Shown here: piece after piece, positions 1 through 9,407 of the stretch | How the letters are laid out: each line of letters opens with the position of its first letter | Numbering within the stretch: position 1 is the first letter of the stretch | Assembly: GCA_977020255.1 (NCBI GenBank) | Contig: CDROCS010000253.1 | Coordinates: 4,278,001 to 4,342,000, forward strand | DNA from: Obrimoposthia wandeli | Lineage: Eukaryota | DNA length: 64,000 nucleotides | Direction of reading: 5' to 3' | Position numbers and translations under genes: made by a program | Notes under the pieces: model-generated | Database searches by the model: none | What the model was told of the DNA's origin: nothing | The model's input: the letters and a program-made list of their open reading frames with translations, nothing else

Positions 1-26
1 CGGGTATAATAGGTATTATTGGCGCA

Positions 27-1058
27 ATGATGATGCTAAGTTTTTATACCATTGTTGCCGGTTGGATGCTGTCGCATGCACTAGCGTCATTAGCGGAATT
101 AGTCGGTTTAATGGACTTATCTCAATGGCTATCAACCTCAAGTACCCTGCGAAATGTAATATTTACTCCGATATTTATCGTGCTAGGCGCTGCTATCGTC
201 CATCAAGGTGTTCACAGTGGCATAGAACGTTGGTCGGCGCGATTAATGCCAATGTTATTAGTGATGTTGCTTGGCTTAATTATTTATATATTGCAACAAG
301 ATGGCGCAAAAGAGGGTTTAACTCTTTATTTAGTCCCTGACTTTAGTCAAGTGACTGAGCCGAAACTGGTTATATCAGCCATGGGACAAGCTTTTTTCTC
401 ACTAGCCATTGGTGTCGGCGCTATGATGGCTTATGGCTCATATATGCCTAAAGGCCAAAGTGTTGGTAAGTTAGTGCTATCTATAACGTTACTCGATACT
501 TTTATTGCTTTTATTGCAGGTTTACTTATTATTCCGGCACTCTTTGTCGCTCAGCATGCCGGACAAGAAGTATTTGTTAACGGTCACCTAATTGGTGAAG
601 GTCAACTTATTTTTAATATTTTACCCACGCTCTTTAGTTCTATGGGTAGTATTGGTTTACTTGTTTCTTTTGCCTTCTTTTCCCTGTTATCAATTGCTGC
701 ACTTACCTCGACTATTTCGTCAACTGAAGTACCTGTTGCTTATCTAATTGAAGATAAATCCATGACAAGAAAGCGTGCAACTTGGTTAGTCTCAGGCTTA
801 GTCTTTATTAGCAGCATGTTACTCATCGCCTTTTTTGAACAACTATTTGGCTTAGTGATTCAACTACTAACCACTATTTTACAACCACTAATGTCTCTAT
901 TTTACTTCATTGTTGTTGGTTGGTTGTGGAAACGCGGTAATCAACTTACCGATATAGCTCAGTTAAACAAACACACGTCATTAAAACTACTTGGCTTTTA
1001 TTTACGCTTTATCTGCCCTATTCTTTTAGTTGTTGTTTTTATTAATGTCGCTTTTTAA
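27..1058 (+). CDS. Sodium-dependent transporter, NSS/SNF family (5' truncated by window edge)
   Basis: Multi-TM protein with GIERWSARLMP, YLVPDF, AMGQAFFSLAIG, YGSY, AALTSTIS motifs; frame is open from base 3 (GIIGIIGAM), so the true start lies upstream. Confidence 0.9.
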   Translation: MMMLSFYTIVAGWMLSHALASLAELVGLMDLSQWLSTSSTLRNVIFTPIFIVLGAAIVHQGVHSGIERWSARLMPMLLVMLLGLIIYILQQDGAKEGLTLYLVPDFSQVTEPKLVISAMGQAFFSLAIGVGAMMAYGSYMPKGQSVGKLVLSITLLDTFIAFIAGLLIIPALFVAQHAGQEVFVNGHLIGEGQLIFNILPTLFSSMGSIGLLVSFAFFSLLSIAALTSTISSTEVPVAYLIEDKSMTRKRATWLVSGLVFISSMLLIAFFEQLFGLVIQLLTTILQPLMSLFYFIVVGWLWKRGNQLTDIAQLNKHTSLKLLGFYLRFICPILLVVVFINVAF

Positions 1059-1124
1059 CTAAGCGGATTAAACAGTCAGAGAAACTAAAGAGTTTACCAA
1101 TCTCTGTATTATCTAATGATTAAT

Positions 1125-1161
1125 ACTTTTTATACTAGAAGATATTTCTAGTATAAAAAGT
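1125..1161. terminator. AT-rich hairpin between convergent genes, probable bidirectional terminator
   Basis: ACTTTTTATACTAGAA-gatat-TTCTAGTATAAAAAGT, 16-bp perfect stem. Confidence 0.6.
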
Positions 1162-1192
1162 CATTTTCCCATGCCAATTGTCCACCCTAAAA

Positions 1193-2548
1193 TTATTCTT
1201 CTAGCAACTCTACCTTCTCATTAGCCAATTCCACCTGCTCTATTTTCTCAAAACGACTAGATATTTTATCTGCCGAGGTGTGGATTTGTTTCACATCGGT
1301 TGCCGCCTGATCTATATGCTTAGCAAGATTAGCAAAGCGGCCTTTAAAACGGCTAAAGTCTTGCGCCAAATCGGACAAATGTGCCTGAATAATATGTATT
1401 TGCTGACGCGTCGCCTCATCTTTAAGTACCGAGCGTGCGGTGGTTAATATTGCCATTAAGGTTGTTGGTGAGGTGAGCCAAACGCGTTTTTTGTTCGCAT
1501 AGTCAACGAGATCACTTTGGTGACCATGGATCTCAGCAAAAATAGCCTCTGCAGGAATAAACATAATGGCGCCATCAGCAGTTTCGTTATCAATCAGGTA
1601 CTTATCACTAATATCATTGATGTGTTTTTTGATATCAATTTTAAACTGACGCATAGCTGATTTTCGTTCAACCTCATGGGTTTCAAAATCCATCATTTTT
1701 CGATAATTTTCTAATGGGAACTTAGAATCAACAACCACATTACCGGTAGGTTTAGGTAAGAAGAGTACGCAATCGGCAATTTTACCGTTTGATAGCGTAT
1801 GTTGAAGTTTAAAGCTTTGCTCTGGTAACACGTTTCTGATCAGACTATTTAATTGCACCTCACCAAAAGCGCCCCGTGAGCGTTTATCATTAAGTACTTC
1901 TTGCAAGTTAACCACGTTAGTAGAGAGCTCAGTAATTTTCTTCTGCGCGTCATCAATTAACGCTAAACGCTGTAAAATATCACTAAAGGTTTTAGTGGTT
2001 TTTTCAAAGCCTTCAGCCAGTCGTTTTTCTACTTGGCCACTTATCTCTTGCAGGCGTTTATCGGTGGCTTGGGTTAACCCATCAATACGCTTACTCATTT
2101 GATCACTGCTTTGTGCCAGTGTTTTAGCCAACTCTTCTCGGTTAGCTTGGCCAGCATTATTTAGGTGGTTAATCACTTGATCTAATGATTGGCTTTGATT
2201 AGTGGCTAGCTGAGTTTGTAATTCATTAATTTGTCGCATGAGCTTGATGCGTAAATCAGACATTTGCTGTTCAATATTATTCGATAATTGCAATTGTTGC
2301 TTGTCATGCGCTTGTGATAATTGTTGCTGGCTAATTTGTTGATAATTTTGCTGTAAATGTAGTAACTGCTCTGAAAAGTGCTTGCTAAGCAGATCTTTGA
2401 TGCGATCTTCTTGTGCCGAATTTTGCACTAGCACAGCACTTTTAATGTGACTTAATCGAAATAACACCCATATTAGCATTAAGAAAAACACTAATGACAA
2501 CGTTAGTACTAGTGGTAAAAGGTGTTGCTGCTCTATGGAAAAATTCAT
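1193..2548 (-). CDS. rmuC: DNA recombination protein RmuC
   Basis: N-terminal TM, long coiled coil, then KRSRGAFGEVQL, VVDSKFPLENY, FIPAEAIF, SPTTLMAIL. Confidence 0.92.
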   Translation of the reverse strand: MNFSIEQQHLLPLVLTLSLVFFLMLIWVLFRLSHIKSAVLVQNSAQEDRIKDLLSKHFSEQLLHLQQNYQQISQQQLSQAHDKQQLQLSNNIEQQMSDLRIKLMRQINELQTQLATNQSQSLDQVINHLNNAGQANREELAKTLAQSSDQMSKRIDGLTQATDKRLQEISGQVEKRLAEGFEKTTKTFSDILQRLALIDDAQKKITELSTNVVNLQEVLNDKRSRGAFGEVQLNSLIRNVLPEQSFKLQHTLSNGKIADCVLFLPKPTGNVVVDSKFPLENYRKMMDFETHEVERKSAMRQFKIDIKKHINDISDKYLIDNETADGAIMFIPAEAIFAEIHGHQSDLVDYANKKRVWLTSPTTLMAILTTARSVLKDEATRQQIHIIQAHLSDLAQDFSRFKGRFANLAKHIDQAATDVKQIHTSADKISSRFEKIEQVELANEKVELLEE

Positions 2549-2646
2549 AATTGATATTACTCTTGAGGAAAACTAGCACTAAATACTGTATTTTATTACA
2601 GTGCATGTTCTTAATTAAAACATAACTCACCATATTCAACCAGTAT

Positions 2647-3450
2647 TTAATAAGTTAGCTGTTCAATAGCAACTGCGCAGGCTCTTAGTGCTGGTAAAAT
2701 AGTCGTTAATACTTGCTGTTTCGTTGTTTGCGAAATATGCGTACTGATACTTAACGCACCAAGAACTTTTCCGGCTTGATTTCGTACCGGTACCGAAATA
2801 GAGGTTAGACCTAGCTCTAATTCTTGTTCTACTAAAGAATAACCTTGCTGATTTACTTGCGCAATTTCTGCTGTTAACTCCACTTTGTTAGTGAGCGTGA
2901 AGGCAGTATATTGCTCCACTCGACAGCTTGTTAAAAAGTCATTTAATGCTTTACCTGTCATATCGGCCAACAGAACACGACCTAAAGATGTCGCAAAGGC
3001 AGGTAAGCGAGTACCCACATTCAAACTAACAGACATAATTCGTTTAGTGGTAGCAACACGTCCTACATAGACAACATCTTCACCTTCTAATACTGCTGCC
3101 GAGCATGACTCATTGAGTTGCTCAACTAACTGCTGCATTAAAGGTTTTGCGTTCTGCCAAACATCTTGAGAAGCGAGGTAAGCAAAGCCTAAATTAAGTA
3201 TTTTTACCGTTAACGAAAACTGCTTCCCCTCTTGTTTGGCATAACCTTCACTTACTAAAGTCAGTAAAAAACGCCTTGCTGCTGCTCGCGTATAACCTGT
3301 GGTAGTAGCAACTTCAGATAGTGTCATCGTCGGTCTGTGCTGATCAAAGGCCTGAATAACCATCAAACCCTTAAGTAAGGATTGTACGATTTCGGATGAT
3401 TTGATCATAACTTGATCATCATCATGTTTTCCTTGTTCTTGCTTTGACAT
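2647..3450 (-). CDS. pcaR: IclR-family regulator, PcaR/PobR type
   Basis: VQSLLKGLMVIQAF, TLSEVA..TGYTRAAARRFLLTL, RLPAFATSLGRVLLA; divergent from pcaIJ. Confidence 0.88.
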   Translation of the reverse strand: MSKQEQGKHDDDQVMIKSSEIVQSLLKGLMVIQAFDQHRPTMTLSEVATTTGYTRAAARRFLLTLVSEGYAKQEGKQFSLTVKILNLGFAYLASQDVWQNAKPLMQQLVEQLNESCSAAVLEGEDVVYVGRVATTKRIMSVSLNVGTRLPAFATSLGRVLLADMTGKALNDFLTSCRVEQYTAFTLTNKVELTAEIAQVNQQGYSLVEQELELGLTSISVPVRNQAGKVLGALSISTHISQTTKQQVLTTILPALRACAVAIEQLTY

Positions 3451-3474
3451 TGAATTATCTCAAACCTACAATAA

Positions 3475-3510
3475 TGTTCGATATACTAACAAGTGTTCGC
3501 ATTGCGCACA
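3475..3510. promoter_or_regulatory. Two tandem PcaR/PobR-type operator boxes
   Basis: TGTTCGATATACTAACA (3475-3491) and TGTTCGCATTGCGCACA (3494-3510) resemble the GTTCGATAATCGCAC consensus, in the pcaR-pcaI divergent gap. Confidence 0.7.
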
Positions 3511-3561
3511 ACTTGTTTCGGTTAGCCCTAATTAACACGAATATAATATGAGTAGTGCAAA

Positions 3562-4347
3562 ATGATAGATAAAAGAGTGGCAAGTTGCGCCAGTGCAGTT
3601 ACCGATATAAAAGATGGCGATACCGTAATGATTGGTGGTTTTGGTGAAGCAGGCAGTCCGATAGAGTTAATTCACGCATTAATAGATCATGGAGCAAAAA
3701 ACTTAACCGTCATTAATAACAATACCGGTAGTGGTCGAGTAGGTTTAGCTGCCCTGATTGAAAATGGTCAAGTGGCTAAAATGATCTGCTCCTATCCGCG
3801 CACTGCTAATTCTCTCGTTTTTCCAGAACTGTATCGCAGTGGTAAAATTGAACTAGAGCTTGTTCCACAAGGTACGTTAGCCGAACGCATTCGGGCTGGT
3901 GGCGCTGGAATTCCTGCTTTTTTCACTAAAACGTCAGTCGGAACGCCGCTTGCAGAGGGCAAAGAACGCCGAAATTTTGAGGGCGATGACTATGTTATGG
4001 AACGTAGCCTAAAGGCTGATTTCGCTCTTATCAAAGCCAAGCAAGCTGACCGATACGGTAATTTAACCTATAACAAAACTGCCCGTAACTTTGCACCAAT
4101 TATGGCCATGGCGGCAACAAGAACCTTAGTGCAAGTCAATGAAATGGTTGAATTAGGGGATCTTGATCCCGAAAACGTCATTACCCCCGGCATATTCGTT
4201 AATGCGTTAATTGAGGTAACACAACCACAACAAGAGTCTCAACTGGTGAAAAACGGCATTACCTATCCAGAAGTAAAAGCACCTGCAACAAAGACCTCCA
4301 CAATAAATAGCCTAGAAAAAATAAACTCAGGAGCAACACAAGCATGA
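3562..4347 (+). CDS. pcaI: 3-oxoadipate CoA-transferase subunit A
   Basis: MIDKRV, DGDTVMIGGFGEAGSP, NNTGSG, LVPQGTLAERIRAGGAGIPAF; ATGA overlap with subunit B. Confidence 0.88.
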   Translation: MIDKRVASCASAVTDIKDGDTVMIGGFGEAGSPIELIHALIDHGAKNLTVINNNTGSGRVGLAALIENGQVAKMICSYPRTANSLVFPELYRSGKIELELVPQGTLAERIRAGGAGIPAFFTKTSVGTPLAEGKERRNFEGDDYVMERSLKADFALIKAKQADRYGNLTYNKTARNFAPIMAMAATRTLVQVNEMVELGDLDPENVITPGIFVNALIEVTQPQQESQLVKNGITYPEVKAPATKTSTINSLEKINSGATQA

Positions 4348-5087
4348 GCCAAGTAGCAAAAAAACAAAACCTCGAGGCAACAACTCAAATTGGCTGGAAC
4401 CGAGAGCAAATGGCACAACGCTGTGCACAAGATATTGAAGATGGCAGCTATGTAAACCTTGGCATAGGTATTCCTGAAAAAGTCGCTCAATATGTTCCTG
4501 AGGGTAGAGAGGTTATCTACCACACAGAAAATGGTTTACTTGGCATGGGTAATTCTCCCTCTGATGAAGAGCTTGATGCTGATTTAATCAATGCCGGTAA
4601 AAAAGCGGTAACGGCAATTCCTGGTGCCTCATATTTTCATCACGGTGACAGCTTTGCCATGATCCGCGGCAATCATATAGATGTTTGTGTACTCGGGGCA
4701 ATGCAAGTCTCAATGAAAGGAGATTTAGCCAATTGGTCGACCGGCGCTGTTGATGCGATTCCTGCCGTAGGTGGTGCTATGGACTTAGTGGCTGGCGTTA
4801 AAACCATCTACATTATTACCCAACATACCACTAAAACAGGGGCAGCTAAAATATTGCCTGAATGTACTTTCCCGCTCACCGGACAGAAGGTTGTTAATCG
4901 AATTTATAGTGATTTATGTGTGATTGATGTCACCGAAAACGGTTTAGTGCTTATGGAGCTAGCGCCCGGCATTAGCTTTGACTATGTACAAGAACGCACA
5001 GGGGTAGCACTGCTTAATGGACTCTCAACAAAAAGTAACATAGCAGATAATCATATCGTTAACACCACACATAAGGCGCAGCAGTAA
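4344..5087 (+). CDS. pcaJ: 3-oxoadipate CoA-transferase subunit B
   Basis: YVNLGIGIP, catalytic HTENG, GAMQVS, VGGAMDL. Confidence 0.88.
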   Translation: MSQVAKKQNLEATTQIGWNREQMAQRCAQDIEDGSYVNLGIGIPEKVAQYVPEGREVIYHTENGLLGMGNSPSDEELDADLINAGKKAVTAIPGASYFHHGDSFAMIRGNHIDVCVLGAMQVSMKGDLANWSTGAVDAIPAVGGAMDLVAGVKTIYIITQHTTKTGAAKILPECTFPLTGQKVVNRIYSDLCVIDVTENGLVLMELAPGISFDYVQERTGVALLNGLSTKSNIADNHIVNTTHKAQQ

Positions 5088-6397
5088 TGGTAAATAAAAG
5101 CGAAAAACTATTTAATAAAGCACTGAAGGTATTACCTGGCGGTGTTAGTCGTAATACTATTTTTAGAAAGCCCTATCCATTTTACGCTGATAAAGGTGAA
5201 GGCTGTTATGTTACCGATGTAGAAGGTATAACTCGCATCGACTTTGCTAACAACATGGCCTCATTGATTCATGGTCACGCCTACCCTGCAATTGTTGAAG
5301 CCGTATCAGCACAGCTAGCTAAAGGCAGTTGTTTTACCATGGCAACCGAAGCTGAAGTTAACTATGCTCAGCTGTTATGCGACCGAGTACCGAGCTTTGA
5401 TAAAATTAGATTTGTTAACTCGGGCACCGAAGCGGTAATGGCAATGTTAAAAGCATCGCGTGCCTATACAGGTAAAGCTAAAATAGCCAAAGTTGAAGGT
5501 GCTTACCATGGCGCTTACGATTATGCTGAAGTAAGCCAAACAGCAAACCCAAGTAACTGGGGAGAACTTGATAAGCCAAATAGCATCCCAGTAGCCGAAG
5601 GTACACCACCAAAAGCATTAGAAGATGTTGTGGTAATACCTTTTAATGATCCTGAACGAGCGATTAAGATTTTAGATCAACATAAAGATGAAATCGCCTG
5701 TATTTTAGTTGATTTATTACCTCATCGAGTTGGCTTAATTCCCGCCAGCAATGCTTTTATTAATGCGCTACACCAGTGGACCCGTGATAATAAATCACTG
5801 TTAGTATTCGATGAAGTTATTACCTTTAGAACTAATTACAGTGGTGCTCAACAAAACTATGATGTTACGCCAGACTTAACCGCGCTGGGAAAAGTTATTG
5901 GTGGTGGTTTCCCCGCAGGTGCCTTAGCAGGTTGTGATAAGGTGATGAAAGTACTCGACCCAACGGAGCCAAAAGTTTTATTACCTCACTCAGGCACTTT
6001 TTCGGCCAATCCAATTACTATGACAGCAGGTTTAGCCGCCATGAAAGACTTTGATCAAGCAGCAGTTATCAAGCTTAATCAGCTTGCCAGTTATGCTAGA
6101 AAAGCGATTACTCAGGCCATAGAGGAGGTAGGTATCAATGCTTGTGTAACAGGTGCCGGCAGTATGTTTAGAATACATCTAAAAGCACAGCCACCTAAAA
6201 ACTACCGTGAAAGCTATGTTGATAAAAAAGAAAGCCAATTAATCACTAAATTACTCGATCATTTATTCGATAATGGCATTATGATGATAAATACTTGCAC
6301 AGCAGCGTTATCAACCGCGATGAGTGAAAAAGAAATAGATCATTTAGTCTGTGCACTAAAAGATGGCTTTGAACTAATAAAGCCAGAAATGGCATAA
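5087..6397 (+). CDS. Class III PLP aminotransferase, GSA-aminomutase-like fold, probably a beta-amino-acid transaminase
   Basis: LPGGVSR, FVNSGTEA, GAYHG, FDEVITF, ALGKVIGGGFPAG (PLP Lys), HSGTFSANP; lacks HemL SPVRAF; TAATG overlap with pcaJ. Confidence 0.85.
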   Translation: MVNKSEKLFNKALKVLPGGVSRNTIFRKPYPFYADKGEGCYVTDVEGITRIDFANNMASLIHGHAYPAIVEAVSAQLAKGSCFTMATEAEVNYAQLLCDRVPSFDKIRFVNSGTEAVMAMLKASRAYTGKAKIAKVEGAYHGAYDYAEVSQTANPSNWGELDKPNSIPVAEGTPPKALEDVVVIPFNDPERAIKILDQHKDEIACILVDLLPHRVGLIPASNAFINALHQWTRDNKSLLVFDEVITFRTNYSGAQQNYDVTPDLTALGKVIGGGFPAGALAGCDKVMKVLDPTEPKVLLPHSGTFSANPITMTAGLAAMKDFDQAAVIKLNQLASYARKAITQAIEEVGINACVTGAGSMFRIHLKAQPPKNYRESYVDKKESQLITKLLDHLFDNGIMMINTCTAALSTAMSEKEIDHLVCALKDGFELIKPEMA

Positions 6398-6413
6398 CAG
6401 GCTTTGTTATGCC
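6391..6413 (+). other. Stem-loop spanning the aminotransferase stop codon, no U-tract
   Basis: GGCATAACA-ggctt-TGTTATGCC, 9-bp stem. Confidence 0.45.
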
Positions 6414-6581
6414 TGTACGGTAAATGACCTGATCATGCTGGCTGCTTTATAAGCCGCAACTATACAAAAATCACATGAAGATGTTTAGATGTAGGTATTA
6501 GACAATGGATTTCCGATCAAACACGTCGGGAATGACTTAAATTATAAGATGTAGGAGTGAAACCTACCAAGGAAATAGAAA

Positions 6582-7799
6582 ATGAGAGACGTATACATCT
6601 GTGATGGTATTCGCACGCCGATTGGAAAATATGCAGGCGCTTTATCATCTGTTCGCGCTGATGACTTAGCAGCAATTCCACTTAAAGCATTAAAAGACAG
6701 AAACCCAACATTAGATTTAACCCAAGTAGACGATGTTATTTTAGGCTGTGCCAACCAAGCAGGTGAAGACAATCGTAACGTCTCTCGTATGGCGCTTTTG
6801 TTAGCGGGTTACCCTACCCAAGTAGCAGGTTGTACCATTAATCGTTTATGTGGCTCAGGTATGAATGCCATTGCAATAGCGACAAATGCTATTAAAGCTG
6901 GCGAGGCTGAAATGTTAATTGCTGGCGGTGTTGAAAGCATGTCGCGCGCACCTATGGTAATGGCGAAAGCTGAAAGCGCTTTTTCACGTAACGCTGAATT
7001 ATTCGATACCACGTTAGGCTGGCGTTTTGTTAATCAAAAATTACATACCGCCTATGGCACAGATTCTATGCCTGAAACCGCAGAGAATGTTGCTGAGCAA
7101 TTTGGTATTAGCCGTGAAGCTCAAGATAAATTCGCTTTTGCTAGTCAAAGTAAAGCCAAAGCAGCACAAGATGATGGTCGATTTGCCGAAGAAATAGTCC
7201 CTGTGATTATCCCGCAGCGCCGTGGTGATGATATTGTTGTTGAAAAAGATGAACACTTACGTCTTAGCTCGTTAGAAAAGCTAGCAACTCTCAAAGCACC
7301 TTTTAGAGAGGGCGGCTCAGTCACCGCAGGTAATACCTCTGGCGTAAATGATGGCGCTGCAGCCGTTATTCTTGCCAGCAAAGAAGCGGCCTTAGCCAAT
7401 GGCTTAACGCCAAAAGCGAGAATACTTGGCTCTGCTGTTATTGGTGTTACCCCTGAAATTATGGGTATTGGCCCAGCGCCAGCGAGTGCCAAACTGCTAA
7501 AACGTTTAGGTCTGAGCATTGATGATATGGACATTATTGAGTTCAACGAAGCTTTTGCTGCACAGGCGCTTGCCAGTGCCCGTGAATTGGGTCTTGAAGA
7601 TGATGACGTACGTTTAAACCCACAAGGTGGTGCCATTGCTCTGGGTCATCCATTAGGCATGAGTGGCACACGTTTATTAATCACAGCAACGAAACAGCTT
7701 GAGCGCAGTGGTAAACGTTATGCACTCTGCGCTATGTGTGTTGGTGTTGGCCAAGGCATTGCTATGGTCATTGAGCGATATAGTGAGAATGTACAATAA
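6582..7799 (+). CDS. pcaF: 3-oxoadipyl-CoA thiolase
   Basis: GCANQAGEDNRNVSRM, NRLCGSG, GGVESMSRAP, NEAFA, GAIALGHPLG, MCVGVGQG. Confidence 0.92.
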   Translation: MRDVYICDGIRTPIGKYAGALSSVRADDLAAIPLKALKDRNPTLDLTQVDDVILGCANQAGEDNRNVSRMALLLAGYPTQVAGCTINRLCGSGMNAIAIATNAIKAGEAEMLIAGGVESMSRAPMVMAKAESAFSRNAELFDTTLGWRFVNQKLHTAYGTDSMPETAENVAEQFGISREAQDKFAFASQSKAKAAQDDGRFAEEIVPVIIPQRRGDDIVVEKDEHLRLSSLEKLATLKAPFREGGSVTAGNTSGVNDGAAAVILASKEAALANGLTPKARILGSAVIGVTPEIMGIGPAPASAKLLKRLGLSIDDMDIIEFNEAFAAQALASARELGLEDDDVRLNPQGGAIALGHPLGMSGTRLLITATKQLERSGKRYALCAMCVGVGQGIAMVIERYSENVQ

Positions 7800-7851
7800 A
7801 AACTATCGTGAGAAGCGTTAACAAAACGATGGTGAAACTATTTAAATAACT

Positions 7852-7889
7852 AAAAAGGGAGACTAATTATTAATTAGCCTCCCTTTTTT
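7852..7889. terminator. Bidirectional intrinsic terminator (pcaF / nudC)
   Basis: AAAAAGGGAG-ACTAATT..AATTAGC-CTCCCTTTTTT. Confidence 0.8.
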
Positions 7890-7947
7890 GAGCCAATAAA
7901 AGATTTTATCTTTTATTAACTGCTAGGTTGTAGCTTTTAGCCTGCGA

Positions 7948-8994
7948 CTAATACTGCCCTATTTCCTTATTCTTCCATGCCGTGATCAAGTAGGACGAAA
8001 TAGAATCACCACTACTCAATTTATATTGTGGTTTATCAGCGCTATCGTCCTCTGCAATGACTGAGCTATTAACACCAAAGTTGACCAGTTGCTCACGCGA
8101 AAACCACCTAGCGTCTTCTAAATCATCTTGGCTAATATCAATTTTTTCTGACGTCGCAACGGCAGTAAAACCCAACATTACTGAGGCTGGAAATGGCCAA
8201 GGTTGCGAGGCAATATAATGTGGCTTTTCAACATGTACTGCAGTTTCTTCAACGACCTCTCTAATTACCGCTTGTTCGAGCGTTTCACCAGGATCAACAA
8301 AACCGGCTAGCGTTGAATACATTCCCTCAGCCCAACTCGCTTGTCTACCTAATAAACAACGCGGAATACCATCGGCAAACATTTTTTCTACCAACATGAT
8401 CACCGCAGGATCGGTACGCGGAAAGCTCATATTTCGACAGTCAGAGCAACGCCTCGCATGTCCTGCTTCAACTGAACGATTAGCATGTCCACATTGACCG
8501 CAAAATTGATGGCTTATATGCCAATGAACCAAGCCTTTAGCTAACGCTAATATTGAAGCATCAATAGCTGATAAATTAGCGGTGACTTTTCTAAGCCCTT
8601 GCCATTGGCCCATTTCACTTAACGCTTCCTGTGTAGAAAAGCGTAGTTTATTAAAGTCGATAGCAAAAATTGAAATAGCAGTTGGTTTATGGATATTACT
8701 GTTACCAACAGTGCTGGTATCTAAACTGTTATTGCCTAATTTCTGTAGACCTAAATCCCCTTTCCCCAAATTTCCTTTACCTAGATAAATACAACTATCA
8801 ATATTCACTGTCGGTACTTGTGATTTACTAAGATAAATGGGCGAAAGGACTTCTTCTTTATCAAAAAGGCACTGGCCATCATTAATAACGCAAAACAAGC
8901 TATCTTCATGGGTAAACTCAGCAGCTAACCAGCGCTTATTTTTTCGTTGGTTAGTACCTCTATCTAGCGGCATATTGCCATACGCTAATGTCAT
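7948..8994 (-). CDS. nudC: NAD(+) diphosphatase / NAD-capped RNA hydrolase
   Basis: Zn finger CGQCG..CSDC, FPRTDPAVI, Nudix box GFVDPGETLEQAVIREVVEET, SQPWPFP. Confidence 0.92.
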   Translation of the reverse strand: MTLAYGNMPLDRGTNQRKNKRWLAAEFTHEDSLFCVINDGQCLFDKEEVLSPIYLSKSQVPTVNIDSCIYLGKGNLGKGDLGLQKLGNNSLDTSTVGNSNIHKPTAISIFAIDFNKLRFSTQEALSEMGQWQGLRKVTANLSAIDASILALAKGLVHWHISHQFCGQCGHANRSVEAGHARRCSDCRNMSFPRTDPAVIMLVEKMFADGIPRCLLGRQASWAEGMYSTLAGFVDPGETLEQAVIREVVEETAVHVEKPHYIASQPWPFPASVMLGFTAVATSEKIDISQDDLEDARWFSREQLVNFGVNSSVIAEDDSADKPQYKLSSGDSISSYLITAWKNKEIGQY

Positions 8995-9347
8995 TATGTG
9001 CTTTCTTCCTTAAGTGCTTGTGCCCATTGAGAAGACCAGCTTCCTAATGGAGAGATTATCTCAAATAAGTCAATACCTTGGGATGATAATTGATAACCAG
9101 CTTCTTGGCTTTCAATAAGCTGTAATGTCTTGAGTTCTTTTAGTCGAGTATTTAACAAGGTAGGCGAGATTTTCTCACAGCGCTGTTGCAACTCTCTAAA
9201 CGTTGCCGGGCCACTATGTAAATTCCAAATAATACCTAACGCCCATGTTCGACCAAGTAAATCGAGTAATGCCATAATAGGCTTACCGGTTTTAGAGCCG
9301 CGCACTTGTGAGCCGGGTAGTGGTATTGTCATAGTGATTGCTACCAT
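8994..9347 (-). CDS. HxlR-family winged-helix regulator
   Basis: GKPIMALLDLLGRTW, FRELQ, ISPTLLNTRLKEL, YQLS..G; TAATG coupling to nudC. Confidence 0.85.
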   Translation of the reverse strand: MVAITMTIPLPGSQVRGSKTGKPIMALLDLLGRTWALGIIWNLHSGPATFRELQQRCEKISPTLLNTRLKELKTLQLIESQEAGYQLSSQGIDLFEIISPLGSWSSQWAQALKEEST

Positions 9348-9407
9348 GTTAAAAACATCATGCTACAATATTTGTAGCACAGTTACTATAATAAACAAAA
9401 AAATGAG

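Noticed and set aside
1-8. CGGGTATA resembling an ERIC-like right end
   Set aside because: Lies in the open frame of the NSS transporter (GIIGIIGAM); chance match
5087-6397. Calling the aminotransferase hemL
   Set aside because: Lacks SPVRAF and other HemL signatures; context is catabolic
7145-7636. 163-aa antisense ORF; also 10669-11157, 28217-28588, 32407-32817, 47481-47795 and similar
   Set aside because: Shadow ORFs opposite well-supported genes, with no motifs
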